Shown one piece after another: positions 22,786 to 28,707 of a DNA stretch of 28,707 nt. Every line of letters starts with the position of its first letter. The first letter of the stretch is position 1. Under the pieces are notes generated by a model that ran no database searches, was not told where the DNA came from, and saw only the letters and a program-made list of their open reading frames with translations. The translations under genes and the position numbers were made by a program. This stretch comes from a virus (taxonomy: Duplodnaviria; Heunggongvirae; Uroviricota; Caudoviricetes), in the IMG/VR virus record IMGVR_UViG_2778261009_000004. The stretch is one strand, 5' to 3'.

Positions 22786-22956
22786 ATGTCAGAACGTAAA
22801 GACTCAAAATCACGCCGTAATTATCTCGTTAAATGTTCCTGCCCAAACTGCACCCAAGAGTCAGAACACAGTTTTTCAAGAGTACAAAAAGGTGCCCTTT
22901 TGATCTGCCCTCATTGCAACAAAGTATTCCAGACAAATCTTAAAGCTGTAGCCTGA
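22786..22956 (+). CDS. Small zinc-ribbon protein (moron; possibly YdfK/YnaE-like)
   Basis: MSERKDSKSRRNYLVKCSCPNCTQ...ICPHCNKVFQ: CxxC...CxxC. SD AGGAAA 6 nt upstream of ATG 22786. The track ORF starts at 22735. Confidence 0.5.
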   Translation: MSERKDSKSRRNYLVKCSCPNCTQESEHSFSRVQKGALLICPHCNKVFQTNLKAVA

Positions 22957-23019
22957 TTGATTTTATTAGTAACAAGTATTTTTTATATTTTAATAATATA
23001 TTTAAAGCAGATAATAAAA

Positions 23020-23037
23020 AACCCGCCTGAGCGGGTT
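23020..23037. terminator. Intrinsic terminator hairpin (mainly minus-strand orientation)
   Basis: AACCCGC-CTGA-GCGGGTT with an A/T run on the flanks; on the minus strand the hairpin is followed by TTTTTATTAT. Confidence 0.45.
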
Positions 23038-23319
23038 TGAGATTGTGGTGCTTTTTGTGGGAGTCATCCACTTACGCACTTTGTTTTGCGATGCCAGCAG
23101 TTAGCTTCTGCTGTGAAACTATTCATGCAGCAAACCTGCACTTCACCACAATGGTTAGCATACTTTTCCTGATTAAGATTTTGCCAAATATGCTGGCCAT
23201 TGTTTCATGTATTGGACCTCCTTACTTTTTATTAAAGAGATCCAATATTCAATACTCTGTCCGTATCTCTACTCAGGCATCAGCCTTCTTCGTTATCGTA
23301 TACAGACGAGCGATGAATT

Positions 23320-23535
23320 TTAATCAGTAATGATGACATTTGCTGCTGCAGGACCTTTAGCACCACTCTCTATAGAGAAGGTAACCTTTTGACCTTCAAA
23401 TAAGGTTCGATAATTATCATTCTGAATCGCAGAAAAATGCACAAACACATCTTTACTACCATCAACAGGAGAAATAAAGCCGAAACCTTTATCAGCGTTA
23501 AACCATTTTACTAAACCAGTCATTTTATTTGACAT
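23320..23535 (-). CDS. cspB: Cold-shock protein CspB
   Basis: [71 protein letters not shown], matching E. coli CspB as remembered. Confidence 0.9.
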   Translation of the reverse strand: MSNKMTGLVKWFNADKGFGFISPVDGSKDVFVHFSAIQNDNYRTLFEGQKVTFSIESGAKGPAAANVIITD

Positions 23536-23845
23536 TCTACATTCCTTAACTTGAGCCTTTCGGCATAAATGGTTTGCATAACAGAAACGACTTCGTACTT
23601 AATTGGAGAGACTCAAAGAAGGAATAAGTGAATAACACCTGAAATGAGAACTGCTTTAGTAAACTACTTCGTATATCGTCTGTTCTTCAAACCGACGCAG
23701 TCATTAACTCATAGTTGAACATATGAAGCAATGTTTATTTTAGACATCCAGCCACCTTCAACCCTATCAAAAAAGTAGTTTTCTCCAGGAACGTGTGTAT
23801 GGTGCACCAGGTTATCAGTATTAAGGAGTTTTTCTGTCCCCTAAA

Positions 23846-24050
23846 ATGACAGGAATTGTCAAAAACTTTGACTACAAAAGCAGCAAAGGTCTTATATTCC
23901 CATCCGATGGCGTATCGATGCCCAGCTTCACGTTTCAGCTCTCAATCTTCGAGATGCAGAAGAAATTACCACAGGATTACGCGTGGAATTTTGCCGGATA
24001 AATGGTTCGCGTGGACCTTCAACTGCCAATGTTTATCCCGGGATGAGATT
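23846..24050 (+). pseudogene. cspF: cspF/cspH-like cold-shock gene disrupted by a frameshift
   Basis: Frame 1 from ATG 23846 encodes the N-terminal cold-shock-domain motif [22 protein letters not shown] then junk until a stop at 23999. The rest of the domain ([42 protein letters not shown]) lies in another frame from about 23910. The frames switch at GATGGC|GTATCG, about 23909-23912. Confidence 0.55.
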
Positions 24051-24082
24051 CAATATCTCTATTGCCCCATTTAAAGCACAAA

Positions 24083-24102
24083 AACCCGCTTATAAGCGGG
24101 TT
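24083..24102. terminator. Bidirectional intrinsic terminator (candidate tR' for the late operon leader; also 3' of the cspF-like gene)
   Basis: AACCCGC-TTATAA-GCGGGTT followed by TTTTCTACTTTTTT on plus; on minus it is followed by a T-rich run. About 110 nt downstream of the Q stop. Confidence 0.5.
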
Positions 24103-24150
24103 TTCTACTTTTTTCTAAACGTCGGATACACAAAGCCCATCGTTGAGAAA

Positions 24151-24179
24151 ATCTTATCCATGTTTTTTGAAAAATGCAA
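24151..24179 (-). promoter_or_regulatory. Candidate late promoter (PR'-like) immediately downstream of Q
   Basis: Minus strand: -35 TTGCAT (24179..24174), 17-bp spacer, -10 TAAGAT (24156..24151), followed about 50 nt later by the terminator hairpin. Pattern match only. Confidence 0.3.
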
Positions 24180-24210
24180 ACATCATGTCGCCATCTTCAG
24201 CAAAAATCAT

Positions 24211-24963
24211 TTATCTCGTCACCTTCCTCAATTGCGCTTCCGCGTATGCTTCTTCCTGCCAGCACTTTGTTACCAGTTTACCAATGACGTCCGCATACCC
24301 CTTATACCACTGATAATCGGTCAGGTCTGGTACCAGCTTCTGGACATGACGTCGTGCCAGCGTGGTCGGTAAACGACTAAACCGGTTTCCATTACAACGC
24401 CCACAAATCTTATATACCGGTACGCCATGAAACCGGGTTCTTTTTTCATCCAGAACAATCCCTTTACCCTTACACCCTCTGCACGCTGTGCTGACTTCGC
24501 CCTTACCATGGCAATGCTGACATAGTTCCTTTACCCATTCTTCCTTGATTACAGATTCCCCGCGTCTGTAGTGTTTCACCACTTCGCGCAATACATTATA
24601 AAATCCCGTACCTGAACAATGCTCACAGCGAGCCTTACTTGCCGCAGACCTGGAGTAATCAGCAAAGGCAAAATTCACGAGGTAAGGAATAATCTGTAAC
24701 CGGATTTCTTCACTCAATTTGTTCAATGTCGGGTTATCCAGTGCCATCGCGTAATTTAGCAGGCCTTCAATCGCAAACTGAGGGTCCTGAACACCAACTT
24801 TTGCCAGAAATAAGGCCAACCCAAGTGGTGCTTTCGACTGCACCATCCCCTGCGCTGCCATTACATCCGTAATTGTTAAACAACCGGTGCCTGTCGCTGG
24901 AGCGTCATCGCTCAATTTTGGAGATTTTGGGGAGTAATATTTTGGTAAGGCTTCAAGGTTCAT
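24211..24963 (-). CDS. Late-gene antiterminator Q (Qin quuQ-type, four CxxC pairs)
   Basis: 250 aa; CEHCSGTG...CQHCHGKG...CRGCKGKG...CGRCNG zinc-binding motifs; located immediately upstream of the late region. Confidence 0.8.
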   Translation of the reverse strand: MNLEALPKYYSPKSPKLSDDAPATGTGCLTITDVMAAQGMVQSKAPLGLALFLAKVGVQDPQFAIEGLLNYAMALDNPTLNKLSEEIRLQIIPYLVNFAFADYSRSAASKARCEHCSGTGFYNVLREVVKHYRRGESVIKEEWVKELCQHCHGKGEVSTACRGCKGKGIVLDEKRTRFHGVPVYKICGRCNGNRFSRLPTTLARRHVQKLVPDLTDYQWYKGYADVIGKLVTKCWQEEAYAEAQLRKVTR

Positions 24964-24976
24964 GCTCGTTCTCCAC

Positions 24977-26065
24977 TTACGCCAGTACGCCAGTTGCCAG
25001 CGCGCGATCGATAAAACGAAATATCAGCTCCAGTTGGGAGCCATACTTCTCTTCAAATGCCACTGTATCCGTATGCAGCTCGTTGTGATGCTTTCTGCAC
25101 AAAGGCAACACAAAGAGATCATGTGCTTTTGTTCCCATTCCGCCCTGCCCGTGACCAATCAGATGATGCGGATCGTCGGCTGGCATACCGCAGCAAGCAC
25201 ACGGCTGTGTCTTAACCCAACGAGTGTATTTCTCCTTAACCCAGCGGCGACGTTTAGGCAGCTTCATGAAAGATTCCGGAGACTCTGGATCAACGGTGAT
25301 GCTTACCACCGTCTTTTCCTGTGGTGGTTTTTGTTGCTGTTGGGCGTAAGGCAACGGTGCAAGATTTTTTGTGCGTTGTTTCAATATGCTGGTGGCGGTC
25401 TGCTCTCCCGGTACGATGTCGCTTTCGCGGTACACCGAGCAGATTTTTTCCGCTGGTAATCCCAGCGAACGACGCGATACAGCCTCAGGTAGTGCATCTA
25501 CCACCTGATTGCAGACCGCCCACCAGGATAATTCAGCCAAAGATAATTCCCGCTCCTGCGTACCGCTTATTGCGTGACGGATGACGTCAATCACCCATGC
25601 TGTCAGATTTTGTTGAGCAAGCAGCTCCAGTGATTCCGATGTCTGGTCACGCAGATGGTTGTCGCAGTGCCAGCACAACACCATTGCGCCGGTACCATAA
25701 CGGTGAATGACTGTTTCAGTGTGATGGTAATCGCCATTAGGCCACTGGCAGGATGTAACATGACGTAATAGCCAGTCAGACAATGCGCCAACGCCGCCAG
25801 CAGCACGAATCACCCGTTCGTTACTAAAAAACGGCAGCAATGTTTTGTCTTCCGCCAGCGGCTGGCGAACGGCAGGAACGACTCCGGATGGCAGATTACG
25901 CATGCTTTTTGGTTCCGGTTCCACCAGCACTCGAGGATTATGAAATATCTGTATGGATTCACGGCCCGGCTTAAGGACCACCAGCCCAAGCTCAGGCACC
26001 AGAACAGGTCTAAGTAATACCCGCACGTTACCTCCAGATCCGTTGCTGGAAAGTGCGGGACGCAC
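24977..26065 (-). CDS. DUF968 protein (YdfU-like) with C-terminal HNH-like Cys/His motif
   Basis: 362-aa ORF; C-terminal ...CACCGMPADDPHHLIGHGQGGMGTKAHDLFVLPLCRKHHNELH resembles an HNH/His-Me finger. True start may be an internal Met (for example about 25903). Confidence 0.6.
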   Translation of the reverse strand: MRPALSSNGSGGNVRVLLRPVLVPELGLVVLKPGRESIQIFHNPRVLVEPEPKSMRNLPSGVVPAVRQPLAEDKTLLPFFSNERVIRAAGGVGALSDWLLRHVTSCQWPNGDYHHTETVIHRYGTGAMVLCWHCDNHLRDQTSESLELLAQQNLTAWVIDVIRHAISGTQERELSLAELSWWAVCNQVVDALPEAVSRRSLGLPAEKICSVYRESDIVPGEQTATSILKQRTKNLAPLPYAQQQQKPPQEKTVVSITVDPESPESFMKLPKRRRWVKEKYTRWVKTQPCACCGMPADDPHHLIGHGQGGMGTKAHDLFVLPLCRKHHNELHTDTVAFEEKYGSQLELIFRFIDRALATGVLA

Positions 26066-26306
26066 GTGGTGGGCGTTCGGAATAAGGCAGCCTGACAGAG
26101 ATTATCCAGTGCCGATAGTCGAGACTGAGAGCTTTCTTAACCTCGAACCCGCGCCTGCGGTAAGAATGAATCAGCCATTCGGCCTGTTCTGCAGTGCATG
26201 GAGGGTGCTGGAACCATTCAGACTTGAATGCGTGAGAATACCGCCCGTGCGTGCAGGCAAGAACGGGCGAATTATCAGAATTGTAATATTTTACGTTGCG
26301 TGCCAT
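26028..26306 (-). CDS. Hypothetical protein
   Basis: 92-aa ORF upstream of, and overlapping, the DUF968 ORF; no family recognised. Confidence 0.35.
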   Translation of the reverse strand: MARNVKYYNSDNSPVLACTHGRYSHAFKSEWFQHPPCTAEQAEWLIHSYRRRGFEVKKALSLDYRHWIISVRLPYSERPPRASRTFQQRIWR

Positions 26307-26372
26307 CGGTTTTCTCCGGTGGCACGGTGTTACTCAGCGGGAGTTCAGCCCCGTGCAAGATTGTAGATGAGT

Positions 26373-26624
26373 TTATTCTTCTGCAAAAGCTGAAAAGCCT
26401 GCTTTTATTCCGATCTCTTTCAGTGCCTGTAATGAAGTGACAAACTCACCTTCGCGCAAGATAAATCCGTCCGTGACCCGAGCATCCACAAAATTAATTA
26501 ACGCAGCTCCATTCTTTCGCAAACACATAATGCGGTAATGACTAACAAGATTTCCATTTTCAACGCACACAGCATAGAGGCCATCTTCACAAAAAATTTT
26601 ACGCAGTTCTTCGATGTTCATCAT
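26373..26624 (-). CDS. rem: Rem-like protein (Qin prophage)
   Basis: 83-aa ORF MMNIEELRKIFCEDGLYAVCVENG... in the position (between hokD and DUF968) and of the length of E. coli rem, from memory. Confidence 0.6.
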   Translation of the reverse strand: MMNIEELRKIFCEDGLYAVCVENGNLVSHYRIMCLRKNGAALINFVDARVTDGFILREGEFVTSLQALKEIGIKAGFSAFAEE

Positions 26625-26754
26625 CAGAATCCTTCCGGATAATTAGCTCTCCCCTTTAAGGGACCATCCCTCTTCTCCCTGCGCGCTACTTAAGTATTTT
26701 TGATTCTATTCCGGCACCGTCCAGAACTTCAAACGCGTTGAAAATAAAAACAAA

Positions 26755-26772
26755 AACCCGCCGAAGCGGGTT
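26755..26772 (-). terminator. Intrinsic terminator of the relB-relE-hokD operon
   Basis: Minus strand AACCCGC-TTCG-GCGGGTT (UUCG loop) followed by TTTTGTTTTTATTTT, about 70 nt after the hokD stop. Confidence 0.6.
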
Positions 26773-26840
26773 AAGTGCGGGTGCGTTGAGGATGCCTGCC
26801 ACATCAGAGGTGGCGAGGGATTTCTCCCTCGCCGGGTCTC

Positions 26841-26996
26841 TTACTCCTCAGGTTCGTAAGCTGTGAAGACAGCGACCTCCGTCTGGCCGGTTCGGATTCG
26901 TACCTCGCAAAGGTCTTTCCTCGTTACCAGTGCCGTCACTATGACGGTTAAACAGATGACGATCAGGGCGATTAACATCGCCTTTTGCTGCTTCAT
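26841..26996 (-). CDS. hokD: Hok-family membrane toxin HokD (RelF)
   Basis: Own translation: MKQQKAMLIALIVICLTVIVTALVTRKDLCEVRIRTGQTEVAVFTAYEPEE (51 aa). Not in the ORF track because it is under 60 aa. Confidence 0.9.
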   Translation of the reverse strand: MKQQKAMLIALIVICLTVIVTALVTRKDLCEVRIRTGQTEVAVFTAYEPEE

Positions 26997-27066
26997 AGCC
27001 TGCTTCTCTGTCAACGCAAAGCAGAAGTGTCACCTTCGGTGCGAAACAGAGATGTCATGCTTTGGT

Positions 27067-27354
27067 TCAGAGAATGCGTTTGACCGCCTCGCTATATACT
27101 TCCGAGCGTTCTCTTTTCCCAACAGAAATCACGAAAACGACAACTTTCTCGTCTATAACCTGGTATACAAGGCGATAGCCTGAAGACCGGAGCTTAATCT
27201 TGTAACAATCAGGCATACCACGGAGCTTGTTTGCTTCAATCCGGGGTGACTCAAGTACTTCAACCAGCTTCTTTTTCAACTGTTCACGTACCGTCGAGCC
27301 CAGCTTTCGCCATTCCTTTAGTGCCCGCTCGTCAAAATCCAGAAAATACGCCAT
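27067..27354 (-). CDS. relE: mRNA interferase toxin RelE
   Basis: 95 aa, MAYFLDFDERALKEWRKLGSTVREQLKKKLVEVLESPRIEANKLRGMPDCYKIKLRSSGYRLVYQV..., matching E. coli RelE as remembered. Confidence 0.93.
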   Translation of the reverse strand: MAYFLDFDERALKEWRKLGSTVREQLKKKLVEVLESPRIEANKLRGMPDCYKIKLRSSGYRLVYQVIDEKVVVFVISVGKRERSEVYSEAVKRIL

Positions 27355-27593
27355 CAGAGTTCATCCAGCGTCACACGTACTGGCTTAGGATTACGAAGCC
27401 GTTCTTTCACTATCTCCACAAGTTCAGCATCTTCATCACTCAGGAGTGTCTGTTTGAACGGCAAGCGTTCATTGTCAGCGATATACTCGAGCATGAGACG
27501 AAGCGCTTCAGAAGGAGTTACACCCATTTTTTCAAGCGCGGCGTAAGAACGCGCTTTAAGTTCATCGTCAATACGCAGGTTAATGCTACCCAT
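27354..27593 (-). CDS. relB: Antitoxin RelB
   Basis: 79 aa, MGSINLRIDDELKARSYAALEKMGVTPSEALRLMLEYIADNERLPFKQTLL...; stop overlaps the relE start. Confidence 0.93.
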   Translation of the reverse strand: MGSINLRIDDELKARSYAALEKMGVTPSEALRLMLEYIADNERLPFKQTLLSDEDAELVEIVKERLRNPKPVRVTLDEL

Positions 27594-27604
27594 GTCTTAC
27601 ACCT

Positions 27605-27630
27605 CTTGTAATTACAAATGTCATTACAAG
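27605..27630 (-). promoter_or_regulatory. relBE operator (relO-like) overlapping the relB promoter/leader
   Basis: Perfect 12-bp palindrome TTGTAATTACAA (27606-27617) plus a second half-site ATTACAAG (27623-27630), 12-37 nt upstream of the relB ATG (SD AGAGGTG). Confidence 0.6.
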
Positions 27631-27923
27631 TATCGCACTACAACATGCTTAGGGCAAGTCACGAAGGAAGTCAGAAAGTAGTCGTAAGAACGGTGATCAC
27701 TGTCCGCTTTGTGCCAGGAGCAGCCATTGCTAAGTCCATCCTGTATTGTGCAGGTCAGCTCATTTTTAAAGAGTCCGGCCATCATCTTACTGGTACAGAC
27801 ACCATATACTTTGTGACGGTCAGGCTACATATGCACAACTCAACTTATTCATCTATTTTTTGCTTTAGCATGTCAGTGTTGCTTTCTCGTCGGCGGGTGA
27901 GCGGTGACCTGACCTGTCGATAA
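27618..27923 (+). CDS. Hypothetical protein (possibly YdfV-like)
   Basis: 101-aa ORF between relB and flxA; composition not convincingly protein-like. Kept only because Qin carries a gene of about this length here (from memory). Confidence 0.25.
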   Translation: MSLQVSHYNMLRASHEGSQKVVVRTVITVRFVPGAAIAKSILYCAGQLIFKESGHHLTGTDTIYFVTVRLHMHNSTYSSIFCFSMSVLLSRRRVSGDLTCR

Positions 27924-28075
27924 AGGAACGTAGCACGTTTTATGCAACACCCGCATGCGGCAGAAAATTATTGCCGAACGTTTACCCCTGTCAACAAGCT
28001 TTACTTTCTGAGGCGCGCCAGCCCGCTAGGAAAACAATCTGAACATCAAACAATTAATGACACAAGAAATACGAT

Positions 28076-28102
28076 TAAAGATTTTTTTGTGCATGCCGAT
28101 AG
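28076..28102 (+). promoter_or_regulatory. Sigma-28 (FliA) promoter of flxA
   Basis: TAAA (28076-28079), 15-nt spacer, GCCGATAG (28095-28102), against consensus TAAA-N15-GCCGATAA; about 25 nt upstream of the flxA SD AAGGAGA. Confidence 0.65.
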
Positions 28103-28125
28103 TGCTTTTTTAAAAGGAGAAATCT

Positions 28126-28458
28126 ATGTCTGTCACAATTCAGGGAAATACCTCAACCGTTATTTCAAACAACTCCGCCCCGGAAGGAACATCAGAAATA
28201 GCCAAAATCACAAGACAAATTCAGGTGCTGACTGAAAAGCTTGGGAAAATCTCATCGGAAGAGGGGATGACGACACAGCAGAAAAAAGAAATGGCTGCAT
28301 TGGTACAGAAGCAAATTGAAAGCCTCAGGGCTCAACTGGAGCAGTTGTTAAGGCAGCAGGCAGAGAAAAAGAATGAAGACGCGACAGTTCAGCCTGATAA
28401 AAAAGAAGAGAAAAAAGACGATACAAATACCGCTGGCACCATTGATATTTACGTCTAA
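28126..28458 (+). CDS. flxA: FlxA (FliA-regulated protein)
   Basis: 110 aa, MSVTIQGNTSTVISNNSAPEGTSEIAKITRQIQVLTEKLGK..., coiled-coil, Q/K/E-rich, matching E. coli FlxA as remembered. Confidence 0.85.
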   Translation: MSVTIQGNTSTVISNNSAPEGTSEIAKITRQIQVLTEKLGKISSEEGMTTQQKKEMAALVQKQIESLRAQLEQLLRQQAEKKNEDATVQPDKKEEKKDDTNTAGTIDIYV

Positions 28459-28472
28459 GTGACAGCCGTATT

Positions 28473-28495
28473 GTGGCCCTCATCGGGCCACTTTT
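28473..28495 (+). terminator. Intrinsic terminator of flxA
   Basis: GTGGCCC-TCATC-GGGCCAC followed by TTTT, 15 nt after the flxA stop. Confidence 0.55.
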
Positions 28496-28581
28496 CGCCA
28501 TCAGCCTTTTCTTTAAAGACATATTATCTTTGTATCATTTCTGATAGTTAACATTACAAGATATAAGTAATGGACGCACTC

Positions 28582-28707
28582 TGAACCGCCCCGGGAATCC
28601 TGGAGACTAAACTTCCTGAGAAAGAGGTAAACAGGATGACTAAAAATACTCGTTTTTCCCCCGAAGTCCGTCAACGGGCAGTCCGTATGGTTCTGGAAAG
28701 TCAGGAT
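28582..28707 (+). mobile_element. Left end of an IS3-family insertion sequence (IS629-like), running off the right edge
   Basis: Terminal sequence TGAACCGCCCCGGGAATCCTGGAG...; SD AAAGAGG then ATG 28636 encoding MTKNTRFSPEVRQRAVRMVLESQD, the N-terminus of the IS629/IS3-family OrfA transposase as remembered. Confidence 0.7.
28636..28707 (+). CDS. IS3-family transposase OrfA, N-terminal fragment (truncated by window end)
   Basis: Own translation MTKNTRFSPEVRQRAVRMVLESQD (HTH region). Confidence 0.7.
   Translation, partial: MTKNTRFSPEVRQRAVRMVLESQD

Noticed and set aside
23037-23330. 97-aa plus-strand ORF between the terminator and cspB
   Set aside because: Hydrophobic, low-complexity translation with no RBS; it runs into the 3' end of cspB on the other strand; probably non-coding.
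27942-28235. 97-aa plus-strand ORF overlapping the flxA promoter and 5' end
   Set aside because: It spans the sigma-28 promoter and overlaps flxA in another frame; no RBS; spurious.

Overview
This window is the late half of a lambdoid prophage of Escherichia coli, almost entirely encoded on the minus strand, plus an adjacent host/moron region. No tools were run: all calls rest on reading the sequence and the supplied ORF track, and on remembered protein families. Read in phage order (high to low coordinates) it contains: a relB-relE-hokD toxin-antitoxin operon, rem, a DUF968 protein, antiterminator Q, a cold-shock moron cluster (cspB intact, a frameshifted cspF-like gene, a small zinc-ribbon gene), a lysis cassette (pinholin with dual start, DUF1327 gene, SAR-endolysin, Rz with embedded Rz1), further morons (cspI, gnsB-like and others), a cos-like site, terminase small and large subunits, a W-like protein, portal, a single ORF fusing a ClpP-like protease to an HK97-fold major capsid protein, and a complete lambda-type tail module (FII-like, Z, U, V, G, G-T frameshift, H, M, L, K, I, J) followed by the 5' part of lom. 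On the plus strand at the right end are flxA with a sigma-28 promoter and the start of an IS3-family (IS629-like) element. The gene content of the late/moron region matches the cryptic Qin prophage of E. coli K-12 as I remember it, but here the structural genes are present. I found no CRISPR array, tRNA or rRNA, and no recognisable novel defence system. The most notable observations are the protease-capsid fusion, two apparent single-base frameshifts (DUF1327 gene and cspF-like gene), attenuator-like terminators after the capsid and major tail genes, and a cos core that differs from lambda.
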